A stretch of 64,000 bases of DNA, taken from positions 97,714,001-97,778,000 of the forward strand of contig NC_058368.1 in the NCBI RefSeq assembly GCF_018350175.1, given 5' to 3'. The translations under genes and the position numbers were made by a program. The notes under the pieces were generated by a model. The model did not search any database. It was not told the origin of the DNA and worked only from the letters and a program-made list of their open reading frames with translations. How positions within the stretch are numbered: position 1 is the stretch's first letter; each line of letters opens with the position of its first letter. The DNA comes from Felis catus (taxonomy: Eukaryota). Shown piece by piece: positions 13,146 through 26,590 of the stretch.

Positions 13146-14369
13146 AACTATTTTTGATTTTTAATGTTTATTTATTTTTGAGAGAGAGAGAGAGAGACAC
13201 AGTGTGAGTAGGGGAGGGGCAGAGAGAGAGGGAGACACAGAATCTGAAGCAGGCTCCAGGCTCTGACCTGTCAGTACAGAGCCCGACACAGGGCTGGAAC
13301 TCACGAACCATGAGATCATGACCTGAGCCAAGGTTGGATGCTTAACCGACTGGGCCACCCAGGCACCCGGGGAACACATTTTAAAAACATCATTTTTCCG
13401 GAAGTAGATTGCAGCCAAACTTGTAAAGCTAGATAAACTCTGGCTTCACATCCTTGTGTTCAGTGGGGTATATCTGTGTCCCCGGATGGCTAAGACCAAA
13501 ACACGGAAGCACATGATTGAACCGATCCAGTGAGCATGGCCCTTCCATGTTTCTTGCCAGCCTAGCCAGTGAGCCAGATCTCAGTGGGTCCTGCCCACTA
13601 TTTGGTTCTGTCTGCTTGCTTGTCACTGATCACTGCCCAGCTCCCTGAGTCTTCAGGAGGAAAACATTAACAAGCAGCAATGTCCTCTTGCTAGCCAAGG
13701 ACTAGGCACACAGCCTGACGAAGGAGCCAGTGTGTAGTTTAGGCCCTGGCTGTGTTTCACCTCCAGTGGCTTTCCTTGTGGCTCTATACAAGACGAGGAG
13801 CTTTTCCCTTTCATTGGGCTATGTTCAGAGAATTGGTGTCCAAAGTCCTTTTTGGACAAATGACAACACTTCCCGATCCTCGGTGACTCACGGCAGGATT
13901 TTTTTTTATATCTCCTGATGACAAAAAGATGGGCTTTTGAAGTTTCAGTTTTAGTTTGTTCTACCTATCTCTTGACTAACCGCATAATTTCAACCAAAAA
14001 AATAATATAAACATGGCTGATTACTCAAAAACCTACCCTACCTGCTGAGCCAGTTTGGTTTTCACTAGCAGCCCAAGAAAGATGTCCCCTCTAGTCTGTA
14101 TGAAGCTAGCATTTGCTACATTTCTTTCTCCCAGACTTTAAAAGAAGCAATCCCACCGAAAGCACTCTGACTCCTCACTCTCTTTAACTTAAGGAAAGAG
14201 AAAGCTGCCATCTTAGTAAGAGGCTCTAACTTCCTGGTTGCTATCAGCAAGAACAAAGTTTGAAATGTAAGACAACCTAAGCTTTTCAGTCTTTTTCTAG
14301 CGCTAATTTTAATACGGATGTTTTTCCTAAGTAGCTTACCTTTATGATGCCAAATGGACTAAGGCTCTG

Positions 14370-15085
14370 AGTGAGAGGGCCTCAAGCCAGTGGCCTAGAG
14401 GGTTCTTGGCTTTGCACAAGGAAGAATTTAAGAGCAAGACTTTAAGAGAAAGGGACAAAGGTTTACTAAGTAGAGAAGAAAGGAGCTACTTCATAGACAA
14501 AGTGGTGGTCTCTCCTCCCAGATAGGGAAAATGACTTCCCTTTGCCTCTAACAAAAGCTTTTATAAGTTTGCAAAAATTAACTAACTTTATAGGGAAGGG
14601 CTTACTCTTTAAATTTTGGGTGTATCACTTATATTGGGTGAGTAGTTTTTTGATTGTCTTAGGGTTGTGGATTACCTACAGGGATAAATTTTAAGAATGT
14701 TCAGCCTAGGGGCACCTGGGTGGCTCAGTCAGTTAAGCATCCGACCTCTGCTCAGGTCATGATCTCACGGTATGTGGGTTCGAACCCTATGTCAGACACT
14801 CTGCTGCCAGCACGGACCCTACTTTAGATCTTCTGTCCCCCTCTCTCTGTGCCCCTTCCCCCTCTCTCAAAAATAAATAAACATTAAAATAAAATTAAAA
14901 AAAAAAAGAATGTTCAGCCTATGTAGCTTTTACCTGCCAGAGGGAGTGGGGTCTTGGAATCTTTGGTTCTTGTGACTCTTTTTATGAACTGCTGACTTAT
15001 AGGCTAAGGGTCAGCCTAAAACCAAAATGGCTTTGCTTTGGTCAACCTGTCTCCTGAATCTCCCTTCCCTCCTGCCTCTCTTCTG
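14370..15085. mobile_element. Probable ERV solo LTR interrupted by a SINE
   Basis: gggttcttggctttgcacaaggaagaatttaagagcaag...gtttactaagtagag...aaaccaaaatggc resembles antisense ERV1-class LTRs. The inner SINE has the TSD aagaatgttcagccta. Confidence 0.45.
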
Positions 15086-15459
15086 TGTAGTGTTCATGAC
15101 ACTTAAGAAAATCTTTCTACACATATATGAAGGTTCCACTTTCAGTTAAAGGGTCTTAAATTCAGAGTTGATATGGAACCCATTATACATAGCATACAAG
15201 CCCCAGAATCAAGAGACGTGAACTAGTGAACCTAAGAAGCATAATTTGGTTGCTCCTCTCCCTCACCATTCGTGAGTGTTTTCTGTAGATGAGCTTCCAC
15301 GTAATACTGTGTGTTTTCATCTGACAGTGACTGACGGTAGGACACAGGAGTTATGTGGTAACAACCCTGCCCGAAGGGCACGGGCTTTGCAAACACACAT
15401 GGGGCTAATCGAAAATGGCCAGGGTTGAAGAGTCTTCTCTCTCTCTCTCTTTGTTTTGT

Positions 15460-17275
15460 ACACTTTTCTTTTTAAAATAATTAAAGACTCCTAAGAAGTT
15501 GTAAAAATAGTATGAAGAGTCCTATGTATCCTTCACCCAGCTTTCTCCAGCTGTGACCTGTTGTGGAGGTGCAGTACAATATCAAAACCAGGGACTGACA
15601 TCAGTAGGTTGGTACCAGACTACAGACCTTATTTAATTTTCACTAAATAACATTCGTTACTTTTTTTTTTTTTTTAAGTAGGCTCCATGCAGCATTGGAG
15701 CCCAATGCGGGGCTTGCACTCATGACCCTGAGTTGAAGATCAGAGCTGAGATCAGGAGGCAGATGCTTAACCGATTGAGCCACTCAGGTGCCCCTGGTTC
15801 ATTATTTTTTTACTGCATTTGTGTGTGTAGAGTCCTATGTAATTTTATCCCATATATAGATTTGTGTAACTACCACCAAAATCAAGATACAGAACTGTTT
15901 CGGGGGCGCCTGGGTGGCTCAGTCGTTAAGCATCTGACTCTTGGTTTTGGCTCAGGTCATGGTCCCACGGTTTGTGGGTTCAAGCCCTGCATCAGGCTCT
16001 GTGCTGATGGTGCAGGGCCTGCTTGGGATTCACTTTTCCCTCTCTCTGCCCCTACCCCTCTTGTGCACTTCCTCTCTCAAAATAAATAAACTTAAAAATA
16101 ATTTTAAAAAATTATGAAAAGACACAGAACAGTTTCATTACCACAAAGGAATTCTCTCAGGCCACCCACCTCTTTGTACTCACACCCCGCCTACTTCATC
16201 CCCCTCCCATCCCTAGAAACCAGTCATCTGTTCTCCAGCTCTGTGGTTTTATCGTTTTGGGAGTGTTGTATAAATGGACTCATAAAGTATGTAATTTTGG
16301 GGGGAACAAATAATTTTTATTAGTATTTTTAACAAAGACACCAAAGAATTGTGCAATGGTGCCAGCGTTGGATGCAATCCTTGGCCACAAGTCTATACAC
16401 TCTTTTGCAACTGGTCCAGTGACGGCACAGTTGTTCATTTTGCCTTGTATTTTGCTATGACCTCCACCTTATCTTCAAAATAGAGAAACACACCGTCTGT
16501 CCTCCAATATGACTTTTGTGGTCAAATTGCCACTGCTGTATGTACCTTCTTTCTGAGCTCTGCTGTGCCTTTCTTTACTATGGCCATCACCATGACATCC
16601 ACAGCAGCAGGAAATCTGTTCAGTTGACCCTTGATCCCTTTCAGAGAGATGATATACAGATTTTTGGCTCCTGTGTTGTCAGGCTAGTAGATCACGACTC
16701 CTACCAGAAGACCCAGGGAAATCCAGAATTTCACGCCAGAGGACCCACCACATCCTCATTTCGACACCTTAAACGTTGGAAAGGGACAGAAAGAGTATGT
16801 AATCTTTTGAGATTGCCTTTTTCCACCAAAGCAGAATTCTTTTGGGGGTCCATTCTGGTTGCTGCTTGTATCAGCAATTCATCCCTTTTTATTTCTGAGT
16901 AGTATTCCATTATGTGGACATTCTAGAGTTTGTCCAACCATTTATCCATTGAAGGACATTGGAATTGTTTCTAATATTTTTCTACCATACATAAACATCT
17001 GTGCTATGAACATTTGTATACATGTTTTAGGGGGAAATAAATTTTTATTTCTCTGAGATAAATGTCCAAGAGCATGAGTGCTGAATCGTATGGTAAACAC
17101 TGCAAAAAAAATTTTTTTTTCAGAGTATCTATACCATTTTACTTTCACAGCAGCAATGTATGAGATCCAGTTTCTCCAAATCCTTGTCAGCATTGGGCAT
17201 GGTCAATGTTTCTTACTTTAGCTGTTCTAATACATGTGTAGTGATGGCTCATTGTGATTTTAATTAATGTCACAT
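15460..17275 (-). mobile_element. Ancient L1M 3' region, fragmented by SINEs and the RPL23 retrocopy
   Basis: Degenerate L1M motifs such as gagtagtattccattatgtgga...ccatttatccattgaaggacattgg and gctatgaacatttgtatacatgtttt. Confidence 0.7.
16296..16795 (-). pseudogene. RPL23: RPL23 (uL14) processed pseudogene, full length
   Basis: The minus strand begins with a 5'TOP-like CTCTTTCTGTCCCTTTCC. The degraded CDS (16767-16349) reads (M>V)[50 protein letters not shown]...ELRKKVH...GVFLYFED...[23 protein letters not shown]. An AATAAA follows, and the TSD agtatgtaat is at 16286-16295 and 16794-16803. Confidence 0.95.
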
Positions 17276-18521
17276 CTTTTCAGACTGTTTTTTTTTTTTT
17301 TTTTTTGAGAGAGAGAGAGAGCGAGCATGTGCATGTGCTGGGGAGGGGCAGAGGGAGAGGGATAGAGAATCCCAAGCAGGCTCCATGCTCAGCATGGAGC
17401 CCAGTGTGGGCCTTGATCCCACAACCCTGGGATTTTGACCTAAGCTGAAATCAAGAGTTGGATGCTCAACCCACTGAGCCACCCAGGTGCCCCTATTTTC
17501 TTTCATTCTTTCTTTTGTTCCCTCCTGCTACTCCTCTTTCTTTCAATAAACTCTCTAAAGTATAATATACATATAGAAAATCATAAGGGTACAGTTGTAG
17601 ACGTTTCTCACAAAGTGAATACACCGGTTAACCGGGACTTCAATTAAGAAAAGAACATTTCTGGGGCGCCTGGGTGGCACAGTTGGTTAAGCGTCCGACT
17701 TCAGCCAGGTCACGATCTCGCGGTCTGGGAGTTCGAGCCCCGCGTCAGGCTCTGGGCTGATGGCTCAGAGCCTGGAGGCTGTTTCCGATTCTGTGTCTCC
17801 CTCTCTCTCTGCCCCTCCTCCATTCATGCTCTGTCTCTCTCTGTCCCAAAAATAAATAAAAACGTTGGGAAAAAAAAAATTAAAAAAAAAAAAAAAAAGA
17901 AAACATTTCTTCTTTCTCTCACCCAGAAATCCCCCACCCGAGGTGTCCACTGTTCTGACTTCTAGCACTAGAGATTAGTTTTGCTAATCTCTGTTTTTAA
18001 ACTTCATATAAATGGAATCGGTCAATATATCTTCTTTTGTATCTGCTTTTACTCATAAGATTCATCAAGTGTTCTTGTAAAACATCTCTAAGAGTGACTG
18101 ACTGTCAACTTGAGATAGCAAATACCATGAAGATGTTTTGGAGTTAAATGTTAGGGTTCCAAACCACTTGGCTCACTGGTCACTTAGGCTTAATGTCAGC
18201 AGCCACCCAGCAAGTAGTTGTGATGTCTGACAGACACGAACGGTCAAATCTTGTTTGGGGATGATGAGGATAGTGGTTGGGCCAAAGCAACTTCTGAGGT
18301 ATAAGCCACTGAGCCAACCTCTTACCCTCTCAACCTTCTTCTTGATCTATCTTGTCAGGGGAGTAAGAGATGTTTTAAGGATAGCTTTCATAGGGGCGCC
18401 TGGGTGGTTCAGTGGCATTCGACTTCAGCTTAGGTCATGACCTCACAGTGGTCTGTGAGCTTGAGCCCCGAGTTGGGCTCTGTGCTGACAGCTCAGAACC
18501 TAAAGCCTGCTTTGGATTCTG

Positions 18522-18565
<44 letters not shown>

Positions 18566-19793
18566 CCTCCCCTACTCATGCTCTGTCTCTCAAAAATGAA
18601 TGAACGTTAAAAATTTGTTCTTAATTAAAAAAATAGCTTTGGTAATGGGGAAGCAGATTACCAAGAAAGAGGACAAATGAGTCGGAACAAGGATCATACT
18701 TCCCTGAGGTGTGATGAACCATCAGCTTCCTAGTACCTCTCAACAAGTGACGTTCCTGAGGTCATTTGGGTAAAGTAGAGGCTGATGGCCTGATCGGTGC
18801 CCCCCAATCCCCTCGCCAGTTCCTTTCCTCACCACTGGTATGCCGCTGCTGGTCGTAATCCGAAAACGTTTGTGTAGAAGTGAGAGCAGATCAGGGGAAA
18901 CTTTGATGGAAGCTCTCACAGATGATACATTCGTTCTTTGTTCCAGGAAAGAGGAAGTAGCACATTTGGGGTTATTTTAGTCAAGATTAGTTCTAGCAGA
19001 GATAGAATGGCTATCTCTAAATTTGGTCCTTTCCTGTCTTCTGAGTTTTCTTTCCCTTCTGCAGATATCTTATAGTGATCATCTGGGGATTCAAACCTTC
19101 CCACCCTGAGTATGATGCTATTATAGTGAAGTGTGTACTGGGGGCCAGGATGAAGCTGTTAGCTGTTTTGTAGGGTAGTCTGTACTGTGAGGTATGTGGT
19201 GTCACTCTCCGCAGAGGAGAAACTGACACTGAGAAGATAAGAAATTTTCCTCATGACTCAGCTGCCAAGCGGGGGAGCCGGGCTTGAACCCAGGACTGAT
19301 ACTGAGAGCCCTACTCTCTGCACGACATCCTACAGCTCCCAGCACGGGGAGGTGGCTGAAGTGAATTCTTAGTATTCGTCTTCTCTGGTTCCAGATGTTC
19401 AATGACAGAATGTTCTGCGGTGGGCCTAAGAAAGTGGCCGTCACAAAGTGACCCAGTTCACCGTAGTCCTGCCCTTACTCATGTGAGGCTTGTTCAGGCA
19501 TATCCAAATCAGAAGGCTGATTACAATTTTTAGACGTAACAACTGGCATGTTACCGAAAGTGAGAAAATGGAGATTTTTACTAGCCCGTCCACAAATTGA
19601 ATGGTTGGGTTAAACAGGTGGGTGAGGGAGCTGCTGAATGGCTGTCACTTTGCACAGGTTACTTGTTTTCTCTGTCTCTTGCTATTTTTACTTGTTAAGT
19701 GGAGATAACTGTGGTACTTCTATATCATCCATGGCAAATGCTCAGGCACAGAAGAGCGCCTCGCATATAGTAAGTGATTAATTCCTGGGAGGT

Positions 19794-19847
19794 ACCACCA
19801 CCACCATCATCATTATCATTATCATCATCATCATCACCACCACCACC
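19794..19847 (+). repeat. (CAC/CAT)n compound microsatellite
   Basis: accaccaccaccatcatcattatcattatcatcatcatcatcaccaccaccacc. Confidence 0.9.
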
Positions 19848-21039
19848 TGGAGATGTGGAGGAGGATGTGGAGGTGATGGGGTGGTGTCGAGTGGGAGCTG
19901 AACTCAGGTCTCTGGGCTGAGATCCTGGTGTGGTTGACAGCTGCCTTTTCTAAGAAAATGCTTTCTGTTGAAGTTTACATTTGAAATATACATAGGTATT
20001 GTCCATGCTATTTTGTGAGGAAGGAATCTAATAAACAGAGAGTTTCTTTAGGAGACCAGCTTAATCCTCGGGGTATTTTATTGTATTTAAGTTTATTTAT
20101 TTATTCCTAGAGACACAGAGTAAGAGTGCGAGGGGCAGAGCCGGAGGGAGACAGAATCCCAAGCAGGCTCTGCACTCTCAGTGCAGAGCCCGACCTGGGG
20201 CTCAAACTCACAAAACTGAGACCATGACCTGAGCTGAAATCAAGAGTCGGTCAGTTGCCTAAGCGACTGAGCCACCCAGGCGCCCCAAGTCTTTGGGGCA
20301 TTGTAAATTAGTTTATATTTGAGAAAGATTCAAATTCAGAGTTAAATATTAATCTTCATTTTGAAAATATTCACTATTATGTTGCACTTTCTCTTTATTT
20401 TCGGAATACACTAACATATTCCATCAAGGGTTCCGGGGTTGTGCTAACAGTTTCATTCAAGCAAAACCCAATTCCGTCTTACCAGTCTGCAGACTCCTCC
20501 AACAATAACCCATTTCATTCCCCCGTGCCTTAGCTGAGCTTCTGTTCTTGGTGGATTCCAGCTCTCTGAAAGGTGAGCGGTCTGTTCCTTCTGCATCACC
20601 CTTGTCTCTGGCTGTAGGTTTCACATAAACTCTATGTATACAATACGTAAACCAGATGGACACCATCTGAGTAGAGACTTTCTCCTCTGCTAGCTCTTCA
20701 GGATAAGCTGAAAATTTTGGCACCTGCTTGCCTGTGGCTCCTTTAGTCCCTGTTATGGCTTCTTTGTTTTAAACTGTGGAATTTCCAAGGTCATGACAAT
20801 GTCAGTGTGGGAGAAGAGGGATGATTGACACTTGTTTTACTGCTATGGAAACACAGATATTGACTCTGGCATAACTTAATTTTTGCGTGAAAAGTGCTTT
20901 ATATTAACTGAATCCATACTTAGAACATAGGACCTCCGTCCATTTGTTGGCAGTTTTTATCTGTGTTTTAGGAATTATCCTGATTTCTAATGTTATGTCT
21001 TCTTTAAAAAAAATTTTTTTAGTGTTTATTTACTTTTTT

Positions 21040-21070
<31 letters not shown>

Positions 21071-23289
21071 TGCGAGCAGAGGAGGCAGAGAGGGAGAGAC
21101 ACAGAATTCCACGCAGGCTCCGGGCTCTGAGCTGTCCTCACAGAGCCCAATATGGGGCTGAAACTCATGAATCATGAGACCATGACCTGAGCCAAAGTTG
21201 AATACTCAACCGACTGAGCCACCCAGGTGCCCCTAATGTTAGGTCTTTTTGTCATTCCATGTGCAGGGACTTTAGAATGTATGTAATTGAGAATCCCTAG
21301 GCTCATAGGGCATTAGGACCCATTACATTGTGGTCATTTACATTTGCTGCTGGGCATCCATTTTCATTCTATTGTTAACAATACCTTGGTTTTTCTTTAG
21401 GACTACCACCTGTCCCACACTCTCTATCCAGGTACTGATATCAACTCTAATGACAGTTGGGCACAGAACCTGGGTCTGACCAATCAGACTATTTCATCCT
21501 CGTTGAGTCAGGCGTTGATTCCGGGATGAATATGTAATAGAGTCACACGATCAGCTCAGCTATAGATCATCCAAGGACTTTTGTTTGAGAAACAGGCAAA
21601 GAACCATTCTTTCATCCCACTGGACTTGAAATCATGAGCTTTTGAGTCTGGAACTTCTGACAGCCAGTGTGTTTCCAGGAGGAGAAGAAGGTGATGGTTT
21701 GAGCCATGTCTGCAGTAAGTCTTCTCTTGGACTTCTTAGTTTGCTTCTTTATTTTTTTAATTCTTTAGATTTTTTAAAAATTTTTATTTTTGAGAGAGAG
21801 AGAGAGAGAGAGAGAGATAATGAGCAGGGAAAGGGCAGAGAGAGAGAGAGAGAGAGAGAGGATCCCAAGCAGGCTCTGCACTGTCAATGTGGAGCCAGGG
21901 GCGGGGCTCAAACTCACTAACTGGAGATAATGACCGGAGCCAAAGTCAAGAGTCCAGTGGCTTGGGGCACCTGGATGACTCAGTAGGCTGAGGATCCGAT
22001 TTCAACTTGGGTAGTGATCTCATGGCTCGTGAGTTCGAGCCCCATGTTGGGCTCTGCGCTGACAGCTCAGAGCCTGAGGTCTGCTTTGGATTCTGTGTCC
22101 CTCTCTTGCTGTGCCCCTCCCTCACTCATGCTCTGTCTCCCTTTCTCTCAAGAATAAATAAAACATTAAAAAAAAAAGAGTCCGGTGGCTTAACCAACTG
22201 AGTCACCCAAGTGTCCCTAGACTTCTTAGTTTCAAGAGCCAATAACACATTTGATCCTTTTGCTTAAGCCAGTTTGAGTCAAGTTTCTTTCCTCATAACT
22301 GAAAGGGTTCTGATTGATACAGGGTGATTGTCAGGTTGGTTTTGCATCCCCTGTGGAATAGAGAAGGGAGAGGGAACCTAAGAAACCTCTAATCCCAGGA
22401 AACCTTGCCAAGAAACAGACTAGTGGGCACCTACCATGGTTAGTGGACACACACTAGCTAGAATGCAGAATTAAAGTCTGTCCTTGGGGCACCTGGCTGG
22501 CTCAATTGGTTGAGCTTCTGAACTCACCTCAGGTCATGATCTCTCGGTTCATGCCCCTCTCCAGGCTCTCTGCTGTCAGTACAGAGCCTGCTTTGGATCC
22601 TTTGTCCCCACCTTTCTCTGCACCCCCAACTCTTTCTCTCTCACTGTATAAAAAATTAGGGGCGCCTGGGTGGCCCAGTCAGTTGAGCCTCCTACTTCGG
22701 CTCAGGTCATGATCTTATGGTTGGTGGGTTCGGGCCCTGACAACTCAGAGCCTGGAGCCTACTTCGGATTATGTCTCCTTCTCTCTCTGCTCCTCCCCCG
22801 CTCCCACACTGTCTCACTCTGTCTCTCATAAATAAATAAATGTAAATAAATAAATAAAATAAAATAAATAAAACTAAAGTTTGTCCTTAAGTATTATGAG
22901 GAAACCTTCAAATTCAGGTTTATAATTTTTAAGCATTTGTGATTATTCTCTCTCTGCCCCTCACCCCTCTCTAAAAAGAAATAAAGAAGCAAACAAACAT
23001 TTAAATTATTTTGGAAGGCTGTAAAGTGTCCTCAGGTGAAGGAAATCAGCTTTGTAGTTGAAGCTTGGGAAAGTGGTTTCGTTTCTTTGAGCCAATGTTT
23101 CCTCATCTGTAAAGTGGGTATATCCTACCTCAAATAATCATTTAAGGCACATAAAACACTCAGAACAGAATGTCTGGTACATCCTCAATAAATAGAAGCT
23201 ATCACTATTAAAAATGCTCTGAACTTTTCCTTTTTGGACTCTGTGATGGATTGCATTATATCCTTGAGCCGAAATTAAGAGTCAAAATA

Positions 23290-23665
23290 ATGAAAAAGAA
23301 TGAAACCTTGCCATTTCCAATGACAGATGGAGCTAGAGAGTACAATGCCAGGGAAATAAGTCCGTCAGAGAAAGACAATTACCATATGATTTCGCTCATG
23401 TATGGAATTTACGAAACAAACAAGCAAAGGAAAAAAAAAGAGAGAGAGAAAGACAAATCAAGAAACAGACTCTTAACTCTAGAGAACAAACTGACGGTTA
23501 CCAGAGGGGAGGTGGGCCGAGGGATGGCGGAAGTAGGCGGTAGGGATTGACCAGGGCACTCGTGATGAGTGCCAGGTGATGTATGGAAATGTTGGATTAC
23601 TATATTGTACACTTGAACCTCATATAACACTGTATGTTAATTAACTGGAATTAAAATAAAAACTT
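23290..23665 (+). mobile_element. Carnivore L1 3' end
   Basis: aaaaagaatgaaaccttgccattt...gaaataagtccgtcagagaaagacaattaccatatgatttcgctcat...tgtacacttgaacc...ttaaaataaaaa. Confidence 0.85.
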
Positions 23666-25319
23666 TTTTTTTTAATTTTTTTTTCAACGTTTATTTATTT
23701 TGGGGACAGAGAGAGACAGAGCATGTACGGGGGAGGGGCAGAGAGAGAGGGAAACACAGAATCGGAAACAGGCTCCAGGCTCTGAGCCATCAGCCCAGAG
23801 CCCGACGCGGGGCTCGAACTCCCGGACCGCGAGATCGTGACCTGGCTGAAGTCGGACGCTTAACCGACTGCGCCACCCAGGCGCCCCTAAAAACTTTTTT
23901 TTACAGCATAAAAAATAAAACTAATAAAAAAATTCAGAATTTTGCCATTTGGCCAGTCAGGTCATAAAAATTGAAAACAATAATATAGGATTCTGCTCTA
24001 ATCTGAGATGTTAAAGGCAGAATTTTATAACGAGCAATAGGCAATAATATGAAATATTTAAAAAATAGATTAGTAGTTGTAAACACACATATAGTCTAAT
24101 TTGTTAAATCATCTAATATGCTCCTCAGTTGCTACTTTTTTATGCAACTCTAAACGTAATTGAAGAGAATTGGGTCAATCAGAGATGAACTTTGAATATT
24201 AAACAAAAAGCAAAAGTAATAATTTGTAACTGATACATCAGTGTCAACATGGGTATGTACACAGAAAGTATTAATGCACACATGAAACACACATGCAGAA
24301 AACATACCTTGATTGCATAACTGTAAATTTACTAGAAGTCATTGCATCACACACTTAAAACAGGTGAATTTTGGGGTTCTGTAAATTATGCATCAATAAA
24401 ACTGTTAAAAGAAACAAAAAATGAAAACTTTTAACCAAAAAAAAAGTTTACATAAATGAGTCACAAAGACCAAAATGTTAAACTTTAAGAATAATACTAA
24501 TAAAAAAAATTATTAAAAAAATAATGTAAGCTAGAAGTATACACTGTGTAGAAAGGGGTTATTAGGTACATAAAACATTCTTTAGGCTGCCTAAGATTTG
24601 CTTGCTAGCTCTTTCAGGTTGGTAGGCAAAGGGTTATTTTCTTATTTTCAGTGAAGGACCAGGTTACCCAATTGTGTTCCCCTGCTCAGTTTAAGGCTGC
24701 TACAAGTTGTCAATGATAGTCCTCTTGATGGCAGCGAGAGCTCACCCCAAGCTTTGTCTCCTGGTGCTTAAAACAACAACAACAACAACAAACAACAACA
24801 ACAACAAAAACCCCACAACACAACACAAATAAAAAGCTCAATCCAAACTAACTTAGTATTGAGGGCCTGGCTAAACTCAGTGGGCCATCTTGTTTTCCAT
24901 TACAACTTGAGAAAGTATGAATTCCTTTTTTGTCATTAAATGTTTTTATTTATTTTTGAGAGAGAGAAAGAGGGCAGGGGAAGGGCAGAGAGACAGAGAA
25001 TCCCAAGCACTGACAGTAGAGAGCCTGATTTGGGACTCAGACTCACGAACCATGAGTTCATGACCAGAGCTGATAGCAAGAGTTAGCCACTTAACTAACT
25101 GAGCCGAAGTCGGAGAGAAGGTATAAATTCTTATCATACTTTTACAGGGGAGAAAAGTCAGGCTCAGAAAGAAAGGATGGTTGAAGGGACACCTAGTTGG
25201 TAAATTAAGAGCTGGGAAGATAGCCCAGGCTGCCTGTGTTTTAGCCATTGTACACACGGTGCCTTTGCCCCTGCACTGTTTTTGTTTTTTAAATAAGAGT
25301 TCAATGATCTACTTATGTG

Positions 25320-26590
25320 TTTTTTATTATTTTTAAGTTTAAATCCAAGTTAACATACAGTGTAATAATGATTTCAGGAATAGAATTTAGTGATTCATCA
25401 CTTACATATAACACCCAGTGCTCATCGAGCAAAGTGCCGTTCTTACTGCCCATCACCCATTTTAGCCCATCCCTGCACCCAATACCCTGCCAGCAACCCT
25501 CAGCTTGTTCTCCATATTTAAGAGTCTCTTATGGTTTGTCTCCCTCTGTGTGTTTATCTTATTTTTGCTTCCCTCCCCCTATGTTCATCTGTTTGTTTCT
25601 TATATTCCACATATGAATGAAATCATATGATAATTGCCTTTCTCTGACTGACTTATTTTGCTTACCATAGGACACTCTAGTTCCATCCACGGTGTTGCAA
25701 AGGTAAGATTTCATTCTTCTTGATCTCTGAGTGATATTCCATTGTATGTGTATACCACATCTTCTTTATCCATTCACCTGTCAATGGACATTTGGGTTCT
25801 TTCCATACTTTGGCTACTGTGAATAGTGCCGCTATAAACATTGGGGTGCATGTGCCCCTTCAAATCAGCATTTTTGTATCCTTTGGATAAATACCAGTGG
25901 TGCAATTGCTGGGTCGTAGGATAGTTCTATTCTTAATTTTTTGAGGAACCTCCATACTGTTTTCCAGAGTGGCTGTGCCAGTTTGCATTCCTACCAGCAG
26001 CGCAAAAGGGCTCCTCTTTCTCCGCATCGTGGCCAACATCTGTTGTTGCCCGAGTTGTTAATGTGAGCCATTCTGACAGGTGTGAGGTGGTATCCCATTT
26101 TGGTTTTGATTTGTATTTCCTGAATGATGAGTGATGTTGAGCATTTTTTCATGTGTCAGCCATCCGGATGTCTTCTTTGGAGAAGTGTCTATTCATGTCT
26201 TCTGCCCATTTCTTCACTGGATTGTTTTTTGAGTGTTGAGTTTGATAAGTTCTTTATAGATTTTGGACACTAACCCTTTATCTGATATGTCGTTTGCAGA
26301 TACCTTCTCCCATTCTGTCCATTGCCTTTTAGTTTTGCTGATTGTTTCCTTTGCTGTGCAGAAACTTTTTATTTTGATGAGGTCCCAATAGTACATTTTT
26401 GCTTTTGTTTCCCTTGCCTTTGGAGATGTGTTGAGTAAGAAGTTGCTGTGGCCAAGATCAAAGAGGTTTTTGCCTGCTTTCTCCTTGAGGATTTTGATGG
26501 CTTCCTGTCTTACATTGAGGTCTTTCGTCCATTTTGAGTTTATTTTTGTGTTTGGTGTCAGAAAGTGGTCCAGGTTCATTCTTCTGCAGC
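25320..26590 (-). mobile_element. 5'-truncated L1 (ORF2 C-terminus + 3' UTR)
   Basis: ORF 26214..26594 (-) [34 protein letters not shown]...[15 protein letters not shown] is L1 ORF2. Confidence 0.92.

Noticed and set aside
16516..16902. 128-aa plus-strand ORF
   Set aside because: Antisense to the RPL23 pseudogene plus L1 flank.
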